Notes: generated by a model not told the origin, from the sequence alone. 45,239 nt of DNA, filler included, from Catajapyx aquilonaris (GCA_000934665.2; 2 parts of 2 records of this genome joined end to end with filler, not necessarily neighbours in it), one strand, 5' to 3'; positions 12,946-26,431 are shown, counted from the whole stretch's first letter. Translations and numbers: made by a program.

Positions 12946-14101
12946 TCTAATTAAAATATGCTGTAAAACGTGTAAGAATATGTAGGATGAAGCTGATGTC
13001 GCCATTTCTGATCCAGTCCGTCCCACTATTGAGTCCAATCCGGAAGTGACGTAATTAGTCGCCTTGTGACCGGAGAAAGCGCTCCCCTCCGGCAATTCAC
13101 TTTTCCTCATTTCCTTCGGAACGGCCCATTTTCGACGCCATTACCGAGGCGTTGCCACAAACGCGGCCAGAACTTGGCCAAGAACCGATTTCACATCTGG
13201 CCAAAAGTTTCGAACCAGATCGAAAAATATGATTGACAATGTATGATCACACACGCACTTTATATATGCAAATATTGCGTGATGTATGATCGAAAATGGC
13301 AGTGGTTTTTGTGACGACTTGGCAACGGTGGCCCGAGATGCAAATGGAACTTGAAGAAACCGGAACCTGGATCCGGAAGTGGAGGCATCGAAAAAGGTGG
13401 GAAAAAATTTGTAAAAAATGGGGAATCAGGAAAGAGAGCCAAAATCGGGTTACAATCGTACCCGCCGAAAAAAACCACTTGAGGTTTTGGGTTCCTTCCG
13501 CCGGAATCTTATCGGCTTCTTCGATAAGGAAAAGAAATCCGGACCTTATTCGATTGCTGGGAGTGGGGGGAGACATTTTTTAATCCGGGCCCCTTCTTGG
13601 TGAGCTATTTTGAGTGAAGGAATACGTATTAGGAACAGTTATGCAGTTTATTTTTTTTGGGGGGGGGGGGGGACGTCCAGCATATTTCAATTATCATATA
13701 TGTAGGCTAACATACTTGCATGCTGTAATTATGGAGTCATTGTAATTATGATAGAGCGGCGTTTAAAAAAAATTGCAATATTTGCGAAAGTGATATTATA
13801 AGAATATCTTAATGGCGTGTGTTTGTTAATTTTTAATTGAAAATCATACAAGCATACATTTTACGCAGTTTTTTCTCATATATTTTTACAAATATTTCCC
13901 TACTGATTTTTACGGCACAGTTACAGATTTTACAAATTTTTACACAAATATTTAAGAGATATTTTACATATATTTACATTTATTTGACTTAGATTTCATA
14001 CACAGTGATACAGATACAGTATTTACATATATTTTACATAGATATCGTATTTCTCTAACTTTCTGAGTATACTGATATTTTCACAGATTTATTTGTATTT
14101 G

Positions 14102-14345
14102 ATACAAATATTTACAAGTACATTTTACACAAATATTTACAGATATATTTTACACAAATATTTACAGATATAGTGTATTTTACACAAATATTTACAAGTA
14201 CATTTTACACAAATATTTACAAGTACATTTTACACAAATATTTACAAGTACATTTTACACAAATATTTACAAGTACATTTTACACAAATATTTACAAGTA
14301 CATTTTACACAAATATTTACAAGTACATTTTACACAAATATGTAC
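14102..14345. repeat. 25-bp minisatellite
   Basis: Tandem TTACACAAATATTTACAAGTACATT; explains the 25-aa periodic ORF at 14173-14499. Confidence 0.92.
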
Positions 14346-15619
14346 AGATATATTCTGCATCTCTGTATATTTACAAGTAGTATATTTTGCATACATATAT
14401 TTACATTTTATATTAAGTAGATTTCACACTGATATTTACATAGATTTTACTTTCGTACAGTTACATAAAAGGCAAAGATGCTCTTACATAATACGGTAAT
14501 ACAGTATTTTACAAAAAAAAAAATACATGTATTTCACATAAATTTTGTAACAAATAAAAAAAAATCACATAAGATTATAGACACTTTTATCAAGGTTCAA
14601 TCATTTTCTTTTTCAAAATTTCAAATTCTAAGTTATACTAACCAAATCTATCTCCAACATTCTCTGAAACATCTGGCGCAAAAATAACGACACGAATTAA
14701 ACTAATACACTGTGCATGAAGTTGAAGTAAATTACCAATCATGCTTCATATATCATGTTTTAATAATAAAAAATATTGGAAGCAATATCCAAAATGTCGC
14801 GTGCATTCTCCCAATACTTATTAATATAATCTGACCATTTTTGCACACACACAAAAATTCGCCTAAAGCTCAAAATATTTCACAACCCGACCCGGTAATG
14901 AAAACTAATTGCAATATAAATAACATAGCTTCAGGGGGCTGTGGCAAGTAACTAGCTATTTTTCTCTCTCTCTCTCTCCACCCCCCTTTTCTGTAAATCC
15001 CCCCCTCCCCCCCCCCATTCCACTCCCTATACCCCCCTATACCCCAACGTGATGATTTCATTGCGCTCTGATATTGACATTCGAATCGAATTACGGTCTC
15101 TTTTCGCTACATTTATTTCAGCCCTAAACTTCATTAGCGGGCAGACTCGGTCGACCAATGGGAACGATGGGCCTCGGGAAGAGATTATCAAGATTATTAT
15201 TTGGCCGGTTGGTTATGATGGGAGGCTATATAGGGAGGGGAGGGAGGTGGGGGGTTGTTGTTGGGGGGTTATTGGAACGGACAGTAACGTTACGAAGGGG
15301 AGGAAATATTAGCTAGGTAATATTTTGTTGGCAGCATAGTAATATTATTACCGATTATTACAGACTATTATACAAAAATGGATAAAAATGATATAAAAAG
15401 ATAATATATAAAAATACAAAAAATACCATTCATACAGTACATACAAAATATCAATATAATACATACATGCAAAATATCAATTATATAATACATACAAAAT
15501 ATTAATGTAATAAACTTACGATAAATATAATATCAAAATAAATTGATGAAAATCAATTATTATAATAGATATAGCCTAATGTAATAATATAATAAATACA
15601 AAATAATAAAATGTCGTCA

Positions 15620-15714
15620 TCACTGGTTTGCAGGTCCGAAGCGATTAACAATACGATCTCCACCGCAGACCGCAGGCCTAGAAAAACGCGAGCGAAGGGA
15701 GGGTTTTTTCTAGT
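15620..15714 (+). mobile_element. Possible Helitron-like 3' end remnant
   Basis: GC-rich island in AT-rich DNA ending in the hairpin CTAGAAAAACGCGAGCGAAGGGAGGGTTTTTTCTAG followed by T (CTAG|T terminus). Confidence 0.4.
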
Positions 15715-16744
15715 AAATAATGTAATAAATGTAATATAAAATTAAACGTGAAAATAAATTAGTTATAATAGATATCACTATTATAAATATAAAATAAGAA
15801 ATCAAATAAATCAATTAATTAATGAACATAATAATGCAACACCGAAACAGTAAATAATGAGCATATTATAATAAATACACGGCAATAAATATTATATACT
15901 AATATACTAATACTAATTCTAATACTGTACAACATGGAGGCTATAAATTATAATATAGAAAAACCAAAATAAAATTGATGATGATGATGATGATGATGAT
16001 AGGAATTTTTAATCACGTTTTATAGCAAGGAATTTTTGTAAAGGGAAACTTGGCGCTATTTGGCAGTTTTTGTGCAAAAAATTTCAGTAGTTTTCGAGTG
16101 AAATGGCATCACCCAGCGGCCATCTGCCGTACCATTTTGGGTTAATTTGAACGGCATACAATTGCACTCCTTAAATACCGATGACTGTCCTTACGACCAC
16201 ATTACGAGCCTTCTTATGATATAGGTAGGCAACCCCTGCCAACCTATCAATTTCCTGCGCCTTCTGCCCAAACATCTGCTATCGACTCTGCTATTACAAT
16301 TATTACTCTTTCCCCTCAGTTTGGCCCCGATGAAAGATTTATCATCAGGCAGTATCGGAAATCAATCCTATACATATAATTTTTTCCGTCTCTTTTATTA
16401 TTCTTTTTTTTTCTTTCCTTTCCTCCGCCCTTTACTTTTATACCCTCAGCACCCAACCGGCAAGGGGTCATGACCTAACTAATGTCTATGATATGTTTTG
16501 TATGACTTATTTCGCGATTAGTCATTATCTACAGTCAGCCATCGATCAATTGGGCCACCCCCTGGTTTCACAGTGAATAAGTAAAAGGTAGCCATTTGCC
16601 GGTCCGATTTCGCCAAATATTTTAAGAGAATCGACTATAAAAATGGTGAGTTCTAAGCTATACGTATATGGGTGCTGTGGACATCATATTTGATCGTAAC
16701 AGAAAAAAAGGCGAATATTTTTTTGAAAAATTAGGTGTCATCAA

Positions 16745-17152
16745 CGTGTGATAGTTCCTTATTCATGATGTCACTGTTACTTGTTAATGATGTCACTGTT
16801 CCTAGGCCATATGATGTGATAGTTCCTATAGTCCAGATGATGTCATCGTTGCTTGTCCTCGTAACGTCGAGACAACTGAATATTTTTGCAAAATTAGGCG
16901 TGATCGAGGTGTGATTGTTCCTTGTCTATGATGTCACTGTTCCTTGTCTATATGATGCCACTGTTTCTTGTTTCTATAGCCTACATATGTGATATGTTCA
17001 TCATATACGAGTCTATAGTCCAGATCGTGTGATAGTTCCTATACAGTTATACAGTCCAAATGATGTCACTGTTCCTTGTACAGATGATGTCACTGTTCCT
17101 TGTACAGATGATGTCACTGTTCCTTGTCCAGATGATGCCATTGTTAATAATC

Positions 17153-17214
<62 letters not shown>

Positions 17215-17770
17215 TTGTACCCCGTGCTAAAGCCATGGGCCCTCTTAGGGGGGTGGGATACCACCATTTTTTTATTATCTGGAACTCTTACTTTCGTTTT
17301 TACTTCTCTTATATGGGGATGGGATAGGGACGGAAGGAAGCGGCTGTGGCCTATAATTACGGACACGACCCCGGCATTTTCATGGTGAGACCATGGGAAA
17401 CCACAGAAAACCACGGCCCCCGGGATTCGAACCCAGGACCTCCCGATAAACAGTCGGATACCATATCCCCTCCGCTACCACTGCTTCGGTGGATGATGCC
17501 ATTGTTTCTTGTCAAGATTACGTCACTGTTCCTTGTCAAGATTGCGTCACTGTTCCTTCTCCAAAATGATGTCATCGTTCCTAGTCTATATGATGTCATT
17601 GTTTCTAGTCCAGATGATTATCCAGATGATTATATTGTCCCTATAGTCCAGATTATGATGATGCCATCGTTTCTTCTCCACATTGTTCATTGTCCCATAT
17701 AATGTCATCATTCCCTGTCCATGTGATGCCACCATTCCTTGTCCATATGATGCTACCATTCCTTGCCTCC
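16745..17770. repeat. Degenerate 24-bp minisatellite interrupted by a SINE
   Basis: Units of GATGATGTCACTGTTCCTTGTACA, near-perfect at 17060-17145 and degenerate elsewhere. Confidence 0.85.
17146..17491 (-). mobile_element. tRNA-derived SINE (family A)
   Basis: Minus strand begins ACCGAAGCAGTGGTAGCGG, has B box GGTTCGAATCCC and a (TTA)n tail (17146-17213); 15-bp TSD GATGATGCCATTGTT at 17131-17145 and 17492-17506. Homologous to 33664-33956. Confidence 0.9.
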
Positions 17771-18674
17771 CACGCGTGACGTCACTTACAATGGTCGTTA
17801 TAACTTACGACGCCCATATGAATACTGGGCCCAAATTTTCTCTGTGCACTGAATACAAACGTGTCTTATTCTCAGTACCGTCGAGCATGTAGTCTTGTCC
17901 TCCTTTTTTCCCTCTCTCTCTCTCTCTCTCTCTGCTGACTCCGACGGGACACAATTCCTCATTGGAGTGCGACGGAGTTTCCATGGCGACCCGAATGGGA
18001 AGGCGCGGGCTCCAATGACAGCAGCCGTTTGTATTGCAGCCTGGATGGGTTTTCAAGGAAGGGGGAGAGAGAGAGGGGTACCAAATACTATCAAGTCGCA
18101 GCCTCTATTTTCTACCTCCTCCAAGACGCCATTTTTTGTCTCCTACACTTTTTTTTTTCTTCTTCTTCCTTTTCCAACACAAGGAATATAGAAAATCGTT
18201 ACGGAGCAGAGTCTTTAAATTTTAAAGTTATGATGATGGATATGCAGGTATGCCATTGTTTCAACGCTGTGTTGCGACGTAATCCATCGAAAGAAACGGT
18301 TTTTTTCTCTCTCTCTAGGAAATATATGTAACGCATAGAGCATAAACATCAAAGAACCTAGCCCCTGAGGGCAATGGTTTTTTTTTTTTTGGCAAATTTT
18401 CCGGGGCGGTGCCCTAAACGAAGTTAAGTGGGTTTCCATATATGAATGGGCGGAGCTGGAGGGCCTTTGTGTCCAGCTAATTTTTGGGGCATGGGGAAAA
18501 AAAAGTTCTTTTTCTAAGTTCCTTAATCCACATTAACCGCTCTCCGATGAATCCGGGATTGAGTTAGGAGGCAACTTGTGTCATTTGTGGAGCGGAAATT
18601 CTGTGACGTCACGTTTGCAAAATTAATTTAATTTTTTTTTATCAGACCTAAATATTCATATATTATTAACCAGT

Positions 18675-19012
18675 AAGGGCTGCGCAATATTTTGATACAT
18701 CGACTGTCGATACGCTATTTTCCGAATATCGAAGTTGCGATATACGACGCTTGGCATGTTCGATGTATCGAATATCGTGATTTTTCGATGTGGGTTCGAT
18801 GTCGGTTTTCGTTTTTTTGGATGTCGGTTCGATGTCGGTTCGCTGTCGGTTCGATGTCGGTTCGCTGTCGGTTCGATGTCGGTTCTATGTCGGTTCGATG
18901 TCGGTTCGATGTCGGTTCAATGTCGGTTTTTCGATTTTCGATATATCGACTTTGAGTCGATATTTTTAAGTATGGAAAGTCGATATGTAATTTCGGATAT
19001 CGCATAGCCCTA
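18675..19012. mobile_element. hAT-type non-autonomous element, copy 1
   Basis: Termini AGGGCTGCGC...CGCATAGCCCTA; CCAGTAAG repeated at 18670-18677 and 19013-19020 (left junction slightly deleted); internal TCGATGTCGGT array. Confidence 0.78.
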
Positions 19013-19887
19013 CCAGTAAGCCAGGAGTTGCTCTATTCACAAGCATGTAGGGAAGTCCAAGAATAAGTCTATCGTGAGCCAGCAAGCCCGGATTTTCTGG
19101 GATCATATAGCATGCAAGAAAGTCTATGATTTCCATTATTTTGCTATTCAATAGTCAGAATGAGCCACCCAGCCCGAATTTTCTGCCTTTAGCATGTTTC
19201 AATTTCAGATTGAGTTACGATGCAACTTATGTCATTTTTAGAAGAAAAATTGTGTGACGTCATATTTTTTTTGAGTTTGATAGGCTTGTACTAAAACTGG
19301 TTGCATCAAAATTGCATTCTGCACTAAAAAAGAAAAAAAAAGCAGGCTCGGTAGTTAGGCGAAGTAAGTCCCTCTGCGCCGGTAGCCAAGTCCCATCCCA
19401 TCACACCAGACCCGTTTGCATCCAAATAACTTCCCCTCCCTGCCCTCCCCGCCCTCCCGGACTCTATGGGAGGAGGAGGGGGGAATATAGGGTAGAAAGG
19501 AGACTTGGTATAGGTCCATCCGACCATTCATAATCCTCCCTCAAATCTCTCTCCTGGTAACCCTGATGAATATTTCACATGCGCCGCTTAATCGCAACCC
19601 CATCCCGCCCCCCCCTAAAGGCATATACTCCAACCCAAATACCCGGAGGAATCCGGGAAGGGTCTCAGCTGACACTACTTTTTCTACATATACATAGTGG
19701 ACATGCAGATTTAGACCTTTTTATAATCAAAAAAAGAACGGGTGTCCGTCCGTCCGTGGACAGGTATCAGGAAATGGACAAACGGTTTTCGGATTCGGAT
19801 TCAGCGGATTCTAGATAGGTGAGATGGTCAGCATCTGGAGGTTATCCAGGTTCAATCTATCGGGGATCATCTGGCGTGGGACTCTAG

Positions 19888-20500
19888 TAGGGCTGTGCGA
19901 TATTTCGATACAGAGACTGTCGATACAGTACGATATTTTCCTAATATCGAAGTTGCGATATCCGACGTTTGGCATGTGCGATGTATCGAAAATCGCGATT
20001 TTTCGATGTCGATTTTCGATATTTTTTGATATCGGGTCGATGTCGCTTTTCGATATTTTTCGATATCTTTCGATGTCCGCTCGATGTCGGTTTTCGATAT
20101 TTTTCGATGTCGGTTCGATGTCGGTTTTCGATGTCGGTTCGATGTCGCTTTTCGATATTTTTCAATGTCGGTTCGATGTCGGTTTTCGATATTTTCGATG
20201 TCGGTTCGGTGTCGGTTTTCGATATTTTTCGATGTCGGTTCGATATTTTCAATGTCGGTTCGATGTCGATTTTCGATATTTTTCGATGTCGGCTCGATGT
20301 CGATTTTCGATATTTTTCAATGGCGGTTCGATGTCGGTTTTCGATATTTTTTCGATGTCGATTTTCGATATTTTTCAATGTCGGTTCGATATTTTCAATG
20401 TCGGTTCGATGTCGGTTTTTCGATTTTAGATATATCGACTTCGATTCGATATTTTAAGTATCGAGAGTCGATATGCAATTTCGGACATCGCACAGCCTTA
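19888..20500. mobile_element. hAT-type non-autonomous element, copy 2, with expanded internal array
   Basis: TAGGGCTGTGCGAT...ATCGCACAGCCTTA; 8-bp TSD GACTCTAG/GACTCTGG (19880-19887, 20501-20508); about 420 bp of TCGATGTCGGT / TCGATATTTT units. Confidence 0.85.
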
Positions 20501-22057
20501 GACTCTGGTCTACTATATCCGAAGTGTGCCCGTAAAATGTCTACTATATCCGGACTGTGCTTTAACTCCGAAAATCTATATACTCTCAGATTGTAAGAAC
20601 AGAATGAATTTTTGCGCTCCCGGGGCGGCCCCCGAGGCGGAGAGAGTTTCCATTGCCTTTGGGTGACCGCACCGGTTCTGTCCGTCCCTGACAGGCACGG
20701 TTCGGCGCATTTACCCAGGCCAAGCAGGATAAAAAAAAAACCCACATCTTTGATTCTCCCAAGGAATATTGCGCCACTTATCTTCCATCCAGCCATTTTT
20801 ATGACACTTTGAGGGGCAGCTGGTGTGTCATGATTCAACCTTCCCCCCCATCTCCCTATGTCACCCACCGGAACCAAATCTCCCTTCCCCCTCCAAAAAC
20901 CCAGGAGAGCTATTCTCCGATATCATCGCCTCGTGTAATCACAAACCGATTGGACCCTTACCCCTCCCCGAAAAAGTATAGCTACCAGGTGGCGCAACAA
21001 ACATTTTGATGTTCCCTTTTCCCTCTCTACATATATGCGAGGCTTGGCAATAAACGAATTAACGGTTGGTGGTGCAGAAGACTTGTTTCAGGGCTTCGAG
21101 CCCGGTTTTTGGGGGAAGAGGGGGAGGGGGGGGGGGTAGAAAAATTCCATTCCGTCCCAATGAGCTTGATTTTTGGGAGGGGAAAGCGGAGGTGACGTTG
21201 TAGGCGACGGTGCGTGTCCATTTACTTGTTAAATGAAGTGCAAATAACTGTTAGCACAATGTTGGTTGGGCTGCTGAGAGAGGGGGACCTAGTAATTGTT
21301 CGCCTCCGGGTACTGNGGGGGGGGAGAGTGTGTATATCCCACATACTCTCCATGGGTCTGGAAGCACGTGACAAAACATATTGAGGATCGATTCAAGGTG
21401 GTATGTCAAGCGTATCGGGATAATTTACTATTGTAATATTGGGAACTGCAGATTTATGGGTTGCAATTATTCGTTGAAACATATAGCAAGACTAATATAG
21501 GCACATACTTATTACTGACCTCATTTTCTAGCGACTACAGGGGTGTTCCAAGTTCGTGGGTAATTTTTATAGTTGTCACTATTACTTATACAGGAGCTAA
21601 TATAAGGATTTGTTTGGATTGCACATTAGCTCCATGTAAGCCATAATAATAATAAAAATTGTGTTCCAACACCTTTCCATGCTCGAAATTTTGGAAATTG
21701 CTGAAAAATGAGCCCTATTTTGGAGAATTTTCAGAAATCGGACTGCACATTTCTTAATATTTATTCGGACTTCACAAAGTGTACGGATTACATGCTTAAT
21801 ATTAGGTTGCTCAAAGTGCTCAAGTGCTATAACTACTTTGAGCAATATTAGCAAGTTATCACTATTATTTCTCAACTGATATAACTACTTTGAGCAATAT
21901 TAGTAAGTAATCACTAATATTGCTCAGATCAGTAATGTTGTAGCCAGTTGCTATAGAGAGGCCCTGGGTACCTGGATCAGGGAGCAATAAAATACACAAA
22001 AATAACATGTTCGAGTAGAATTGCATATAACTCAAATAAAAGTAGTATGTACTAATA

Positions 22058-22264
22058 CATGGTGTTCCAAATGTGTGGGTCGTTTTAAATAACTGATATT
22101 GCTCGATAGCAGTTTTTTTGTAGCTTGTTGTGCCCTAATCCAGGGTCGAATATAGTCGTTTGTATAGAGTGGGGCACCTGGTTAGGGGCACAGCAAGCTA
22201 CAAAAATAACTACTATCGGGCGATATCAGTTATAAAAAATGACCCACGAATTTCGAAAACTCTG
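22058..22264. mobile_element. Tc1/mariner-type palindromic MITE (diverged)
   Basis: TA|CATGGTGTTCCAAATGTGTGGGTC...GACCCACGAATTTCGAAAACTCTG|TA; ~85-bp diverged arms. A related orphan left end lies at ~21538. Confidence 0.75.
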
Positions 22265-22722
22265 TACAGTGCACATGATGTGAAGTGATGCCAGGAGACA
22301 ACCAGCACCATTAACAAAGTTTCAATTTCTTAAATAAATTGAGCATAGAAATTCCTGTTATTTGTAGCTGCTTATTAGCGCGCAGAGAATATTAGTAGGC
22401 TACAGTACTGGAAATTGCAGATAATTATGGTGTCCTATAATTTATTTTTTCCTACTTAAGTTACTTTTTCCCTATACAAAGGTATCAATTTTTTTGGTAT
22501 TGAAATATCCTTGGGACTCATCAACTACAGCATTACTACAAATTGCTTTGTGTTGTACAATTTCTGAACATATATATTTTTTACAAAATTATTGTGATCA
22601 AATTACTACAAAAATGTGACCCACTAATGGCAGTAGGTCAATATAGGAAGTTAGATATGCGTGTCCCAAGCCTGTATTTTCATGATACGGGATCGACAGC
22701 TACTTTTTTGCATTTTAAACTT

Positions 22723-22797
<75 letters not shown>
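22723..22797. repeat. (TAC)n microsatellite at contig end
   Basis: About 25 perfect TAC units just before the N spacer. Confidence 0.95.
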
Positions 22798-22799
<2 letters not shown>

Positions 22800-22804
22800 C
22801 TGCT

Positions 22805-22904
22805 NNNNNNNNNNNNNNNNNNNNNNNNNNNNNNNNNNNNNNNNNNNNTTAATTAATTAANNNNNNNNNNNNNNNNNNNNNNNNNNNNNNNNNNNNNNNN
22901 NNNN
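22805..22904. other. Artificial contig-joining spacer (six-frame stop linker)
   Basis: Exactly 44 N + TTAATTAATTAA (22849-22860) + 44 N = 100 bp; the palindromic 12-mer places TAA in all six frames. Confidence 0.92.
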
Positions 22905-23485
22905 AAACTTCACAGGCGCATGTGCGACATGCCCAGGAATGGATGGTGTGATTTTCACGAAATTGTCAATGAATGGACTTAGCGCAAGAACTACCTTAAT
23001 TCCAAAAATCTTGCTAACTAGGACGGAAATTTCAGTTGCAAATCACTGAAATCAGTGTACAAAATAATGTTTCCTGGCATTATACAATGGCCTTATGATA
23101 TGAAGTTCTAGCAAGAGTTCGGACTATAGAGTATAGACTATAGAGACTGGACTCGTTTTGAGGGACAAACGTCTCCAGACAGGCCAACCTCCAAACCTCC
23201 TCAGCACAAAGACACCTCGCCTACGCGCCATCGTGCGGGAGGGCGGGGAAGCTCAGAAGAGAGGGGAGTCAGAGCTGTGTAGCTGCTACTCAGTAGGCGC
23301 TACAGCTATTGCGCTATTCTGCGACTCGGTATCTTTGCATTTTCGCCATAAAATGACGCGTGACTGACAATACTTCCTGCAGGGTACTGTACGGTACTAA
23401 ATAAATTCCTGTATAAAAATAAGGAGGAAAGGAGTGAAAAAAAAAGACACAGAAGAAAAGACGACGAAAAAAAGAGGGAGGGGAA

Positions 23486-23562
23486 AAACAGAAGCCTAAC
23501 GGGGACGCGAACCTGCAGCCTTCTGATCTATAGGCCAGCGGGCTAACCATACGCTAGAGCAG
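23486..23562 (-). repeat. Degenerate tRNA-derived head (SINE-like remnant)
   Basis: Minus strand CTCTAGCGTATGGTTAGCCCGCTGGCCTATAGATCAGAAGGCTGCAGGTTCGCGTCCCCG has A-box-like and B-box-like motifs at tRNA spacing, but no clean cloverleaf. Confidence 0.5.
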
Positions 23563-25303
23563 ACATCGCTAGGATTGCTCCTTCCGACGGGGGTTCTTAT
23601 ACTGCGCAGAGGTCAGGCCGCCGTTAAATGACGAATTACGTGGAGTGGGCGAGCGTGTTAATATTTTCAGTGCTGGAATATTAATTTTCACTGCTTGATG
23701 TGGGCAGGGGGTAGGGGTACGATGTACTAACCCAACCTAACCTAACCTTCACTCGTTGCGTATACAGCCCTATCCTCAGCGTATACAGCCCTACGTACGG
23801 ATGTGACTACATCCGTATATGATTGCAGGATAGCGGATAGCGGAATCGCAGTAGCTGCTACGAAGTAGCAGTTATCCCATTGAGTGATCGGATCGGCGAT
23901 GAACGGAACGGCGCATGCGCTGCGCTTCCCGGCCTTCCCGGCCCACAGTGGCCGGGAGAGCCAATTTTGGGGGACAAAATTCCTCAAAAGCAAAAATTTT
24001 TATTTCTAAAATTAAAAGGTGTGCAAAGGAGAGTAATACTTGCACCACAAGGAACCGGGCAAATTTTTCCACTGGAATTAAAATTAAAACGTTTCTGGAT
24101 CCAGAGAACAGGCAGTAACAAGATATCAGACGTAAACTGCCGATTTTATGTGCGCACGCAAAGTTATGTAATTCATCAAGAAATAAACATACAATTTTCG
24201 AATTTGACGAGTAATTACCTGACGACCTCTCGCAACGATTTACATATAAAATTTACTGTGCACTATTTTTTTTCAGACGCTTAAAATTATATATTATGAT
24301 GGGCGTTCCATAATGTAATTAGCAGCCGATAAAATATGAGTTACACACTGGTCACTATGAGTCACTATCATCAAGTAGCGCTCATCTGTTCCCTGATACT
24401 GTAGTTCTTGTAATTAAAGCGAAATTGGCTGCTTGGAACTGCTTTCTATGCCTAAGTCAGGGTAAAACTTGCACCAAGGCGTGAATTTTCACACCCGCGG
24501 GAGTCTGCGTCCGGACGGAAAGGAAAATGTAAACTCGCACCTACATGTGAAACTTTGATATCTCCTATTTACAAAAAGGTGGTGGGTTTGGAAATGATGA
24601 TGTCAACCACTTGTGATCAACCATTCCCCACCCTTGTTTCGCATGACGTGTTGTGCAGTGTTTTTTTTTGTCCCTAACCACTATTGGAAAACAACACAGT
24701 CCAGTAGTGTACCATTCTGTGCAATACAATTTTATGATAGCTACTGTCACATTGCATTACTTTACTTTATTCCTCAACGAAATTTCCCATAAAACAGCAA
24801 GATTGGTGGCGCTGCTTTCAGAAACGGTACAGCACATTACATTTTGAAAACTTTAAAATGTAGTGTCTGAAATCTGTAGTGTCTGATTATCCTGCCGGTC
24901 ATATTGGATCCGCCATATTTATCTTCGAATTTATAACAAGGAATTCGAAATCAGCGACTAGGAATACCCCAGAATCCCAATTTGGGTATATAAATTGAAA
25001 GTTTCAGTTTAACCTGTCCGCCATATTGGATCCTTCATATTGAATTTTGAAATTCTGACAACAGATTCGAAATCAGCGATTAGGAATGCCCCAGAATCCT
25101 GGTTTTTGTCGAGATATATTCATGTCATGGCTTCTTTTGGAATTATGTCCGTGCTTTACCTCGATCCCGGCCACTGTGCCATCGTGCCATCGTGCGGAGG
25201 GCCGCGGCCCTCCGCACGATGGCACGCAGGAGAGGTGTCTTTGTGCTGAGGAGGTTTGGAGGTTGGGCTGTCTGGAGACATTTTTCTTGAGAGGCGGTGG
25301 GGC

Positions 25304-25335
<32 letters not shown>

Positions 25336-26431
25336 NGCACACCTCCGTGGAGCTGCGCCCCATGGGGAAGGCGACTGGCAAAGCTGGGCGTAGATGGCAG
25401 CACTGAGCCATGAGACGTAGTCGCCGTGATTTGCTCAACAACCTCTATGTTGATCTGCCGCTTGCGGCCTGGACTCCGGGCAGACCGGCCCCTTAAGTTT
25501 TCTGGGGGCGAAGAGAGCCCTACTCTTCCATTCGCCGCGGGTTTGGAGCGGATCGGTACGGGGACAGCCGCCCGCCGAATTTGTTTGTGGTGGCAAAGCT
25601 CGCTGCTTGTCAGCGCCTAAAGCCCTAAACTGTCTCAGGCAGTAATGGATGTGGGGCAGATGTCTGTGAAGGAGTTAAAAATTATTGGACTCAGGACTAT
25701 CAGGAGGCGCAATTGGGAATTTGTGACCCCCTAAATTACTGCAGCCGTACGCCACACACAAACCCGGCATTGTGCAGTGATGGGAGAGCAACAGCACAAC
25801 GTGAACCCATGTCTCATGGCTCGGTGGCGCTCCTGGTGGAGAAAAGTTGCAGTCGCCTTCCCCATTGCTCGGGTCCCGGGCATGTCTCCCTCTGTCTCCG
25901 TAACTATGCGAGGCCAGCGGTGCAGGTTCACCAGGCTGCCCTCACGACCGCCACTCTCCGATGCGAACACAGCACGTGTTTTACGCGAATATTGGTCGGA
26001 GTTTTGCACGAAAGAAATTATTGGAAAGAAAATTTGGTCAGTATTTTACAAGTCCTGAAAGGAAGTGCATACCTCTTGATGCTATGTAGAACATGATTGA
26101 GAGTACAAAGACTGTTATTTTAATTGCCAGTCTGCAGCGAGTGTTAGGATTGAGAAGTTGCGCTGAACAATCACGTACATCACTACAGGAATTGACTGGG
26201 AAAGTTATCATCTTATTGTTTTGTAAATGAGTGGCCAGTGACTGATTGGAAAACTGAGGTTTTTGTGTCCCGTCCGTTACCCAAAAACCACCAAAGTTCT
26301 TTTTTAGAAGCTGGGGAACCAAGGAGGTGGGGAGGAAGTGGGAGATTCAGAGTGGGGGTAAGTGGGGGATTCAGAGGCGGATTCAGAGGGCGGCGGATTA
26401 GATAATGGCAGCGGCATCGGATGCACCACCG

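Noticed and set aside
14173..14499. 108-aa repeat protein
   Set aside because: Its 25-aa periodicity is three frames of a 25-bp minisatellite.
19824..20596. Long overlapping ORFs (up to 201 aa)
   Set aside because: Translations of the TCGA-rich internal array of a MITE; open in several frames on both strands.
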